Positions 28,430 through 36,612 of a stretch of 63,804 nucleotides of DNA are shown here, piece after piece. The stretch spans positions 1 through 63,804 of the forward strand of contig CAYUSW010000007.1 in assembly GCA_964447445.1 (NCBI GenBank), written 5' to 3'. Position numbers and translations under genes: made by a program. Source of the DNA: an uncultured Thermotogae bacterium (GTDB lineage: Bacteria; Bipolaricaulota; Bipolaricaulia; UBA7950; UBA9294). The notes below the pieces were generated by a model, which did not search any database, had not been told where the DNA came from, and saw only the letters and a program-made list of their open reading frames with translations. The stretch's first letter is position 1. Each line of letters begins with the position of its first letter.

Positions 28430-28438
28430 ATCATAGCA
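28430..28438 (-). promoter_or_regulatory. Candidate extended -10 promoter of thpR-archease-rtcB
   Basis: Minus strand CGTGCTATGAT, i.e. TGn followed by TATGAT, 19 nt upstream of the ATG at 28410. No convincing -35. Confidence 0.35.
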
Positions 28439-28466
28439 CGCCAGGGATGGCGGCTGGGAGAGCCGC

Positions 28467-28472
28467 TACAAT
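28467..28472 (+). promoter_or_regulatory. Candidate -10 box placed for a leaderless transcript of the giant gene
   Basis: TACAAT ends 6 nt before the ATG at 28479, and no Shine-Dalgarno sequence is present. Confidence 0.3.
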
Positions 28473-28478
28473 TGCTCC

Positions 28479-31400
28479 ATGCGAAAGCCCTTGCGATGCG
28501 CCGCCCTCCAGTTTGCCCTCCTTGGGCTGTACGGAGTCGCTGCCGTCGCCGCGCAGTGGGTCGTCGCTCAGGATGGCACAGGGAGCTTCCGCTCGATTCA
28601 GGGGGGCATTTCCGCCGCAAGCTACGGCGATGTCGTCTACGTATCGCCCGGCATCTACGAAGAGCGGATCGCTCTCAAGGACGGGGTGCGCGTTGTCGGA
28701 TCCGGAGCCTTGGACACCGTCATTCGGTACGCCTATGGGTTCGAAGAGGTCGTGCGTGCGCATCAGATGAGCTCGGGCTCGCTGGAGGGGGTGACCGTGG
28801 AGCGCCTCGCCTCGGTGCTCCCCGGACCGGCGGTGCGCGTGGACTCGGCCTCCCTCGCGCTGGTCGATTGCATCGTTTCGGGAGGGCAGGACGCGGGCAT
28901 CGAAGTGACCGAAGTGACTTCCACGCTGTCGCTGCAAGGCACCCAAATCAAGGCGAACGCCGGACACGGCGTGCTCGTCCACCATGGCGCTCAGGCCTCT
29001 CTCGACAACTGCACGATCGAAGGGAACGGAGGCTCCGGCCTCCTCGTCGGGAGTGACGCTACCGCGCGGATCTCCGGCACGACGCTGGCCTCGAACGGTC
29101 GTTGTGGCCTGGCGGTGGAAGGCAACGCCCGTCTGGAGGTCAGCGACTCGTCGATCGGCTCTCATCCGCAGTGGGGTGTCTTGGCCCTCGGCGATGCCCA
29201 CATCTCCCTCGTCGATGTCGAGCTCATAGAGAACGGTGTCGGGGGCGTCCGAGTGGCAGGGACGACGGACGTCACCCTGACGCGGGTCTCCGTGTGGAGA
29301 GGCGGCGCGGGCATCGAAGCGTCCGGTGCCGTCGGCCTGACGGCCACGCGCCTCCGACTGGCGAGCGTAGCGGGCGACGGCGTCGCCCTCCTTGAGACTG
29401 CGTCGCTCGTCGCGGATCACGTCGAAGTGGTCGCCGCCGGCCGGCATGGAATCGTGCTGGACACGTCGGGTGAGGCGAGCCTATCTCTCTCGACCATCGT
29501 CGAATGCGGCGAGGACGGAATCCTGGTCCGCTCGGGACATCCAGACGTGCGGCAAACGATCCTCGCCTACAACCACGGCGCCGGAATCCGCGTCGACGCC
29601 TCGCAGAGCCCGCCGGCCGGAGCTTATCTGGCCTACAACGCCGTCTGGGAGAACGCCAGCGACTACGTCGGCGTCCTGCCTTCGGCGACCGACACGGCCG
29701 CGCCGCCGCAGTTCGTCGACCCGGAGCGGGGCGACCTCAGTCTGCTTCCAGGATCAGCATGCCTGGACGCGGGCCCCGCCTGGACGACGATTGGGTCCGG
29801 CGTGGACGCCGCATCCCAGTCGTACGCGTCGTTCGAACTCCTCCCGCAGATCACCGATGGCTGGCTCGGGGCGACGTGGCGGTCCAACATCCGCCTCGCG
29901 GCCTTTCCGGCGGGACTTGAGACCCTCACTGCAGAGTGCCGGTGGGCGAGCGAAGCGTTGCGCTTCGACCTCGGAGCATCCCTCCTCGGCCGGTGGGGGC
30001 GACGCGCCACGGCGCACCTCGAAGGGGCTCAGCGCTGGCCGAGCCAGGGCACAGAGAGCGGTGGGATCGCCCTCGCATACGGTGTAGACGGCGCGCTTGC
30101 CGGATCTCAGTCCTGGGCTTCTGCCTGGCTCGAGGCTGAGGTCGAGCGGGCGGGGTTTGTCGCGAGCGGGCGCGGTTCAGTGGCCTGGCCTGACCACGTC
30201 TGGACAGCCGACCTCACTGCGGGCCTCAGGGGGCCGCTTGACGTCGAGGTCTCCGCCGGTGCGACCGGGCTCTCGCTCCGCTCGCTGTTTGCTCTGGCGT
30301 GCGCAGAGGCCGATGTCGCCGGAGGAACGATGTCGCTAGATGGCAGGATCACGCTTCTGCCAACCCTCGAAGGAATGCTGGAGGCGGAGTGGGGACGCGA
30401 CACGCTGGCGTGGCAAGCTCGAGTTGCGTTCCAGCCAGCAAGCGACGCATGGGCCCTGTCAGCGTCCGTGCGCGACGCTGCGGTGCGCGTCGAGGGAAGA
30501 GCGCGTTTCGTCTCCGGCGCTGCCGCGGACGGCGACCTCTCCGTTGAATGGGGGGGTGCGCGGGCACGAGTTCGGGCGGGTCTTGCGTTGGACTCGGGCG
30601 GCGCTCGGGTGCGCGCCGGCCTCGAGGTCTCGCTCGACAGCCTGCTCCGCCGTCCCGCGAATGAACCTCCTGTGCCGGCCTTCCGGACGGCACCCCCGGA
30701 CCCCGAGGCCGGGAAGCCGGTGCGGTTCCTGGCTGACGAGTCCTCCGACGGCGACGGGGAGCTGCGCGAGATCTGGTGGGACTTCGGCGATGGCGCCGCC
30801 GCGGAAGGCCGCGAGGCGAGTCACGCGTACAGAGAGGCGGGAACCTACGAAGTCACTCTCACCGTGTCCGACGACGCAGGGGCCGTCGCGTCTCTGACGA
30901 CATCGGTCCGCATCTGGCCTGCTGATACCACCCCGGTGGCGGCCTTCTCGGCCTATCCTGTCTCAGCAAGCGGCATCCGGCTGCCGCGTCCGCTTCGCGA
31001 CGGCGATCTCCTGCGTCTCGACGCGGGCGACTCGTCCGATCCCGACGGTTTGGTCGCCGAGTACGCGTGGGACATCGGGGCCGACGGTTCGTTTGATGTG
31101 GTCTCGGCGGAGGCCGCCGCGACGGTCGGCCCTCTCCCGGCAGGGGCGTACCCGATGACGCTCCGCGTCCTCGACGACAGCGGCCGCTCAGACGCCGTCA
31201 TGCATGTGGTTGTGGTGGACAGGAGCGAGGCGCCGCAGAGTAGGTTCTCGTATACGCCGCCGACGCCGGCCGTGCGCGACCCCGTACGGTTCTCCGACCG
31301 ATCGACCGACACCGACGGCGCGATCACGTCGTGGGAGTGGAGCTTCGGGGATGGGGCCACCAGCCACGAGGAGAGCCCGGTTCACCGGTATGAGCGCGTC

Positions 31401-32795
31401 GGCCGCTACGACGTCGTCCTGCGCGTTACAGACGACGCCGGATTGAGTTCCTCCGTGACTCAACCTGTGGAGGTGTTAGCCGTCCCCGAAATCGCAGACG
31501 TCGGCAACGTGTGGGCCGTCCTCATCGGCATCTCGGATTACTCCGAGGTGAAGGACCTTCAGTATGCGGGGGCCGACGCAACCGCTATGGCGCGATGGCT
31601 GCTGGATTCCGCGGTTGAGCAGAGTCACATTCGGCTCCTCGTGGACCACGAGGGTCCTGAGAGCAGCTTGGGGGGGCTCGTTGCTCGCCGTGCCACGCTT
31701 GTCAATGTGCGCGAGGCGCTTGGCTGGGTGCGCCGCCTCGCCTTACCTGACGACCTCGTGCTCATCCATTTCTCGGGCCACGGCTTCCAGGGAGCGGACG
31801 ACGACGGCGACGAGAAGGACGGCGTGGATGAGTTCTTCGTGCTCTGGGACACCGTGAACGCAGCGAAAGAGGACACGGCGCTTCGCGATGACGAGTTCGG
31901 CGCGGCCGTCGATCGGATCGAATCGCAGCATGTCGTCATCTTCTTCGACGGCTGTTACTCGGGAGGTCTGTCGCGCAGCCTTCCGTCCTCGGCCCGGCCC
32001 GTCGTGGGGAAGCAAGATCTCTTCTCCGACTTCTCCGTCGAAGGCCGCCTCGTCTTCTCGGCCTCCTCGGAGTCCCAGGACGCCTTTGAGTCGGACGAGC
32101 TCCAGCACGGAATCTTCTCCTACTACGTGTTGGAGGGTCTGCGCGGGCGCGCTGACTCGACGGGAGATGCCCGAGTCACGGCCTGGGAGCTGTTCGAGTA
32201 CGTCGCGCAGAGGGTGCCCGAACGAGCACGGGTTGAGCGGAGCGCTCGGCAAGACCCGCAACTCCTGGGAGAGGGCGAAGTGCGCGTCCTTCTGGCTGCT
32301 GCCGCCGCCGCCCCGGTCGCGGACTTCAGCTACGAGCCCGGAGTGCCATTCGTAGGTGGAGCGATCCGGTTCGCCGACCAATCGAGCGGAGATCGGCCGC
32401 TTCGGTCCAGACGCTGGTTGTTCGGAGACGGAGCGGCCTCTGATGAGACCGATCCCACGTACGCCTACGAACGGCCCGGGCAGTACGCCGTCGAGCTTCG
32501 CGTGACAGACGTGTCAGGAGGACAGGCAGACGCCAAGCAGGTCCTGACGATCCGACCGGCGGGCGCTGTCGTCGTTGCGGATGCAGCGTCCGGGCGACTC
32601 GTCGTCTCACTGGGGAGCGAGAACGGAGTCAGGGTCGGCGATCGGTTCGAGATCCTCGGAGCAGAGACGAGCGAGGAGCCGCAGGCCGAGCTCGAGGTGG
32701 TCGAGCTCATTGAGAGAGGCATGTGTGCCTGCCTCCTCCTCCGCGGGGAACCTCCCGAGGTGGGAGTCAGCGTCCGGCTGCTAGCGCCCGGCTGA
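28479..32795 (+). CDS. Giant secreted multidomain protein: parallel beta-helix repeats, unassigned region, 3 PKD, caspase (peptidase C14), PKD, small C-terminal domain
   Basis: 1438 aa.
- Signal peptide: MRKPLRCAALQFALLGLYGVAAVAAQ.
- Pectin-lyase-like opening DGTGSFRSIQGGISAASYGDVVYVSPGIYEE, then PbH1-type repeats.
- PKD motifs: WWDFGDGA, AWDIGADG, WSFGDGA, WLFGDGA.
- Caspase dyad: HFSGHG (His codon 31779-31781) and FFDGCYSGG (Cys codon 31953-31955). Confidence 0.85.
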   Translation: MRKPLRCAALQFALLGLYGVAAVAAQWVVAQDGTGSFRSIQGGISAASYGDVVYVSPGIYEERIALKDGVRVVGSGALDTVIRYAYGFEEVVRAHQMSSGSLEGVTVERLASVLPGPAVRVDSASLALVDCIVSGGQDAGIEVTEVTSTLSLQGTQIKANAGHGVLVHHGAQASLDNCTIEGNGGSGLLVGSDATARISGTTLASNGRCGLAVEGNARLEVSDSSIGSHPQWGVLALGDAHISLVDVELIENGVGGVRVAGTTDVTLTRVSVWRGGAGIEASGAVGLTATRLRLASVAGDGVALLETASLVADHVEVVAAGRHGIVLDTSGEASLSLSTIVECGEDGILVRSGHPDVRQTILAYNHGAGIRVDASQSPPAGAYLAYNAVWENASDYVGVLPSATDTAAPPQFVDPERGDLSLLPGSACLDAGPAWTTIGSGVDAASQSYASFELLPQITDGWLGATWRSNIRLAAFPAGLETLTAECRWASEALRFDLGASLLGRWGRRATAHLEGAQRWPSQGTESGGIALAYGVDGALAGSQSWASAWLEAEVERAGFVASGRGSVAWPDHVWTADLTAGLRGPLDVEVSAGATGLSLRSLFALACAEADVAGGTMSLDGRITLLPTLEGMLEAEWGRDTLAWQARVAFQPASDAWALSASVRDAAVRVEGRARFVSGAAADGDLSVEWGGARARVRAGLALDSGGARVRAGLEVSLDSLLRRPANEPPVPAFRTAPPDPEAGKPVRFLADESSDGDGELREIWWDFGDGAAAEGREASHAYREAGTYEVTLTVSDDAGAVASLTTSVRIWPADTTPVAAFSAYPVSASGIRLPRPLRDGDLLRLDAGDSSDPDGLVAEYAWDIGADGSFDVVSAEAAATVGPLPAGAYPMTLRVLDDSGRSDAVMHVVVVDRSEAPQSRFSYTPPTPAVRDPVRFSDRSTDTDGAITSWEWSFGDGATSHEESPVHRYERVGRYDVVLRVTDDAGLSSSVTQPVEVLAVPEIADVGNVWAVLIGISDYSEVKDLQYAGADATAMARWLLDSAVEQSHIRLLVDHEGPESSLGGLVARRATLVNVREALGWVRRLALPDDLVLIHFSGHGFQGADDDGDEKDGVDEFFVLWDTVNAAKEDTALRDDEFGAAVDRIESQHVVIFFDGCYSGGLSRSLPSSARPVVGKQDLFSDFSVEGRLVFSASSESQDAFESDELQHGIFSYYVLEGLRGRADSTGDARVTAWELFEYVAQRVPERARVERSARQDPQLLGEGEVRVLLAAAAAAPVADFSYEPGVPFVGGAIRFADQSSGDRPLRSRRWLFGDGAASDETDPTYAYERPGQYAVELRVTDVSGGQADAKQVLTIRPAGAVVVADAASGRLVVSLGSENGVRVGDRFEILGAETSEEPQAELEVVELIERGMCACLLLRGEPPEVGVSVRLLAPG

Positions 32796-33077
32796 GGAGT
32801 CAGGGTGCTCATCGATCGGCCGCGCTATCACGGGACCCGCGGCCCCCCGAGTCTGGCGCGATCCTCTCGCCCCGTGACGTCCAACGAGGGGCGGGAGCCC
32901 CGTGCTCCTGACAGATCGAGTCGTACGACCGTCTGCCCTGTGCCCCGCCGCCGACCGAAGACAACCAAGAGGCAGGGACGGCCGGACGTGGCCGGAGGGT
33001 GGTTCCCGGGCTTGTCCCTGGCCGGCACGCACGAGAACAAGACGCGGGCCGGCCAAACGAGGCCGAACGCCCCCGCC

Positions 33078-34067
33078 TCACTCCTCGATTTCGAGCGTCA
33101 GGAGGAAGTCGCGTTCGGGACGGTGCACTTTGACAACCACCCGATCGCCGGACTTCTTCGTTGCGAGGACACTCATCAGCTCCTGGCACGTGTTAACGGC
33201 CACGGCGTTGACGTGCGTGATGACGTCTCCTGCCTCGAGGCCGCGCAGCTCGGCGATCGTTCCCTCGACGACCCGCGTGATTCGAACGCCCACTCCGCCC
33301 GTCTCTCCGCACAGGATGCCGAGCGAGACCGAGGTTCGCGCGTAGTTGACCGAGACGACGTCGACCGGGGAGCCCGTCAGCGAGCCGAAGGGAACGAGGA
33401 TCGTCGGCTGTTCGATCACGCTGCCGGCGCCTGTGCCCCGAGAAGCGTCGGCCGGCAGAGTGTCCGGCAAGTACACGTCGACGCGAATCGTCCCCCGCTG
33501 CGAAGCATCGGTAGCTTGAGAGTGACTAGGTGTCTCGAAGCGAAACGCGAGCGCCTCGTCGGCACTCACCTGCCACCCTGCGATTCGCACCGTCTGGCGA
33601 GGCGACAGAATCCACTTCCGATCCTCGGCCGATCCGGAGGCCCTGGATCCGCCGTTGGTGTTCAGTCCGTCGATGACGAGGACAACTCCAAGCGGCGCAT
33701 CCGTCTTGTTCGTCAGAACGACGCGGTACGCGGCACCCAGTACAGGCTGGGCCGTGTATTGACGGGTGAACACGAAGTCCAGTTTCCCGAGCACTGCGCA
33801 CTCCACCGAGGGCGACGCCGCTCCTTCGCATGTGTCAGAAGCCCGAGCTGCGCTCGCGGCGTCGACAGCCGTCAGTTTCTCGATGTCCATCGACAGGAAG
33901 CGAGCGTCGAGCGGTTCGTACCAGCCCATCCCGAAGAGCCCGAGGGAGTGGAAGACTTCTATGCTCACATCGAGATACCGCGTGCTCATCCCCGACGCGC
34001 ACGCGCCAGTGGACGACAGGATCAAGAGCCCTACAGCGAGGGCTGGGATCAGCTTACGTCGAGGCAT
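33078..34067 (-). CDS. Lipoprotein with C-terminal PDZ domain
   Basis: ATG at 34067 after GGAGAAGGGGG. Signal and lipobox-like ALAVGLLILSSTGAC. The C-terminal GVRITRVVEGTIAELRGLEAGDVITHVNAVAV...GDRVVVKVHR is PDZ-like. The N-terminal roughly 250 aa are unassigned. Confidence 0.7.
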   Translation of the reverse strand: MPRRKLIPALAVGLLILSSTGACASGMSTRYLDVSIEVFHSLGLFGMGWYEPLDARFLSMDIEKLTAVDAASAARASDTCEGAASPSVECAVLGKLDFVFTRQYTAQPVLGAAYRVVLTNKTDAPLGVVLVIDGLNTNGGSRASGSAEDRKWILSPRQTVRIAGWQVSADEALAFRFETPSHSQATDASQRGTIRVDVYLPDTLPADASRGTGAGSVIEQPTILVPFGSLTGSPVDVVSVNYARTSVSLGILCGETGGVGVRITRVVEGTIAELRGLEAGDVITHVNAVAVNTCQELMSVLATKKSGDRVVVKVHRPERDFLLTLEIEE

Positions 34068-34182
34068 GGTTCCCCCTTCTCCGCCCGCAACCGCGGGACG
34101 GACCCGCGGAGCGCCCAGAAGACGTCTCAGTATACCCTCGCGCGTTGCGACCAGTTCCACGCCAGGCCGTGCCCGCCTCTCC

Positions 34183-34743
34183 TCAGCGCGGGAGAGTCAC
34201 GCCCGGTTGATCCTGATACCCGCCGCCGGCCTCCTTCTCCCCGTACGTGCGCTGCGGCCGTGAACCACGGAAAAAGACGACCTGAGCGATCCCCTGCCCG
34301 ACGTGCAGCCGGATGGGTAGCGGCGACACGTTCGCCAGTTCGATCGTGAGGATGCCTCGCCATCCCGGTTCAAGCGGCGTGACATTCACAAGCAGCCCAC
34401 ACCGGGCGTAGGAACTCTTGCCCCAGCAGACGCCGCACACATCGTCGGGCATCTGGAAGTGTTCGACCGACTCGGCGAGCACCTGCGCGTTTGGCGCGAG
34501 CTCAAACGCCTTGTCTACATCGAGCGTACGGAAGTGACCGTCGGGGAATTCCACCGGGTCGAGCACAACGTTGATTCCGCCGAGGGGCACGAGGATCTTG
34601 CGCCCGAGGCGGAGATCGTAGCCGAAGCTTCCGAGTCCGTAGGACGGTCTTCCCTCCTGCCGCGGGACGAAGGGCGACAGCATGGGGCGGCTGCCCGCGC
34701 ACAGCGCGGCGATCTCTTGGTCGGACAGGATTCCGTAGGTCAT
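34183..34743 (-). CDS. dcd: dCTP deaminase
   Basis: ATG at 34743. GSFGYDLRLG, GKSSYARCGLLVNVTPLEPGWRGILTIELAN and GIAQVVFF are canonical Dcd blocks. Confidence 0.9.
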   Translation of the reverse strand: MTYGILSDQEIAALCAGSRPMLSPFVPRQEGRPSYGLGSFGYDLRLGRKILVPLGGINVVLDPVEFPDGHFRTLDVDKAFELAPNAQVLAESVEHFQMPDDVCGVCWGKSSYARCGLLVNVTPLEPGWRGILTIELANVSPLPIRLHVGQGIAQVVFFRGSRPQRTYGEKEAGGGYQDQPGVTLPR

Positions 34744-34748
34744 GGGAT

Positions 34749-35273
34749 CTAGCTCTCCTTCAAGTACTCGGGGTGCTCCACGGACGCGATGAGTTGGTCG
34801 ACGAACTCGCGCCACTCCGGCAGCCGGTGCGATAAACGCTGTCGGACGATGCGCTGCAGCGCCATGTAGTTCGCCGACACGACGCGTCGCTGGAGGAAGG
34901 ACTCGGGAAGCTGCCACTTGGTCTCTTCCCATCGTCCCTCAGAGATCAGCCGGTTCAGGTGGGCGAGGTGCGCCTCAGGCACGGAGTGGGAGAAATCCGT
35001 CTGGGCAAGAGGACGCTGAGTCACGGTGTGCATCGTGGACTCGCTCTGCCGCGTCACCCCGACACGGTACGTGTCGAACTCCTGCCAGAAGTAGCGCGGA
35101 GCGACGACGTCAAGCCACACAACGATCGACTCGAGGAACTTGTTGTGGCCGTCCCCGAGGAACGCGAGCCGACGCGCCACTGCGGGCATTCGCGCCGGGT
35201 CCTGCCGATGCGATAGCGACAGGCCGAGTAGCGCTGGCTCGTGCCCGTGCTCTTCGAGAACTCGGAGTCTCAT
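34749..35273 (-). CDS. ThyX-like (Thy1-fold) protein with degenerate active-site motif
   Basis: GHNKFLESIVVWLDVVAPRYFWQEFDTYRVGVTRQSESTMH aligns by eye with Thermotoga ThyX [40 protein letters not shown], but RHR is replaced by TYR. Later, LPESFLQRRVVSANYMALQRIVRQR parallels the ThyX LP...T...N.RSL.NF..LR block. The protein has only 174 aa. Confidence 0.55.
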   Translation of the reverse strand: MRLRVLEEHGHEPALLGLSLSHRQDPARMPAVARRLAFLGDGHNKFLESIVVWLDVVAPRYFWQEFDTYRVGVTRQSESTMHTVTQRPLAQTDFSHSVPEAHLAHLNRLISEGRWEETKWQLPESFLQRRVVSANYMALQRIVRQRLSHRLPEWREFVDQLIASVEHPEYLKES

Positions 35274-35863
35274 GGTCCCGCCTTCGTGCCTTGCTTACGG
35301 CTCCCCGGCTGGCTGATCGGGATGCCGGCAGCGCACAGCGGGCACTCGTCGTACGCGTACGTAGGAATCTCCAGCCGGATCAACGCGTGAATGGGCAAAC
35401 CGTCAACCTCGTGCGTCTCCGAGCGATCGACGATCGCCGCTACGCATACCGGCTGCGCCCCGTGACCTTTGATGAGAGCCATGAGCTCGCGCGTCGTGCG
35501 CCCGGTCGTGATGACGTCCTCCACCACGGCGATTCGCTCGCCGGGATGGATCGAGAAGCCACGCCGCAGTTGGAAGAGACCGTCGGCGGCACGCTCGGGA
35601 AACTGAAACGGACGGCGCAACCCGCGCGCTACCTCGTACCCTACCAAGATCCCGCCGAGCGGCGGGGACATGACCCGATCGGCGTCGGCTCCTATTCGTC
35701 GCGCCAACTCGCCCCCGACCGCGGTTGCGTTCTCCGGATCCTCGAGGGCTTTCGCGCACTGGATGTACCGCTCCGAGTGACGGCCCGATGACAGGAGGAA
35801 GTGGCCGTTCTGCACAGCCCCGACCTCTTCCAGAAGCTTGAGCCACGGCTCTATGGAGCTCAT
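35270..35863 (-). CDS. pyrE: Orotate phosphoribosyltransferase
   Basis: GHFLLSSGRHS and the PRPP loop IAVVEDVITTGRT. The start is ATG at 35863 or 35869, abutting the pyrF stop. Confidence 0.9.
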   Translation of the reverse strand: MSSIEPWLKLLEEVGAVQNGHFLLSSGRHSERYIQCAKALEDPENATAVGGELARRIGADADRVMSPPLGGILVGYEVARGLRRPFQFPERAADGLFQLRRGFSIHPGERIAVVEDVITTGRTTRELMALIKGHGAQPVCVAAIVDRSETHEVDGLPIHALIRLEIPTYAYDECPLCAAGIPISQPGSRKQGTKAGP

Positions 35864-36612
35864 CGGCATTTCCCTCCGATCTCCTCTTTCCACCGCCGTG
35901 CCGCCGCGCCGGGTGACGGGTCGGCGTAGATGCCACGCGACACGTTGTAGAGCACCACGTCGTGCTGCACTGCCCGCTCGAACGCGACGAGGTTCCCGCC
36001 CTGCGCCCCGAGCCCGGGGACGAGCCAGGGCAGTCTCGGCGCCGCCTCGTGCACCCTCCGCGCAAGTTCCGGCCGCGTTGCGCCCACAACGAGCCCGACG
36101 CGCCCCGGATACTCCCGCTCCCAGCGCGCCGCCATCTCAGCGACCTTCACGAAAACGGGCGGCGTCCCGTGCTCGACGATCTCGGCCGCCGACGGGTTCG
36201 ACGGCAGGGTTACGACAAAGACGGTGCCGCCCCGCTCGAGGAAGGGCCGTACCGCATCCTCGCCCATGTACGGCACGACAGTGATCGCATCGGCTCCGAG
36301 GACGTCGAACGCCGCGCGCGCGTAGGCCTCGGCCGTCGACGCGATGTCGCCGCGCTTCGCATCAAGGAGGGCCGGCCGCTCCGCTTTGTGAATCCATTGG
36401 ATCGCCTCCGCGAGGACCTCCACGCCACGAGGTCCCAGAGCCTCGAAAAACGCGCTGTTCGGCTTGAAGACACAGGCGTGCGCCGCCGTTTCATCGATGA
36501 CGCGCCGGATCCGTTCTCGAATCTCGCCCGCTGAGCCCGACTGCGGATCGAGCCCGATGCATAGCCGGCCGCGGGTAGCGCGCTGCGCATCCAGAGCCCG
36601 CTCAAGAAACAC
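35860..36612 (-). CDS. pyrF: Orotidine 5'-phosphate decarboxylase (type 2)
   Basis: LCIGLDPQ, FKPNSAFFE, LLDAKRGDIAST and GLGAQGG blocks. Confidence 0.9.
   Translation of the reverse strand: MFLERALDAQRATRGRLCIGLDPQSGSAGEIRERIRRVIDETAAHACVFKPNSAFFEALGPRGVEVLAEAIQWIHKAERPALLDAKRGDIASTAEAYARAAFDVLGADAITVVPYMGEDAVRPFLERGGTVFVVTLPSNPSAAEIVEHGTPPVFVKVAEMAARWEREYPGRVGLVVGATRPELARRVHEAAPRLPWLVPGLGAQGGNLVAFERAVQHDVVLYNVSRGIYADPSPGAAARRWKEEIGGKCR

Noticed and set aside
31500-32273. Caspase domain considered as part of a gasdermin- or CHAT-type antiphage defence module
   Set aside because: The protein has a classical signal peptide and extracellular-type domains (beta-helix, PKD). No gasdermin-like, NLR-like or CRISPR-associated gene is adjacent. 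An extracellular protease role fits better.
32805-34349. 514-aa plus-strand ORF covering the convergent gap and the PDZ lipoprotein gene
   Set aside because: It is antisense to a gene with a good RBS, lipoprotein signal and PDZ domain. Its translation is Arg/Pro/Ser-rich without structure.
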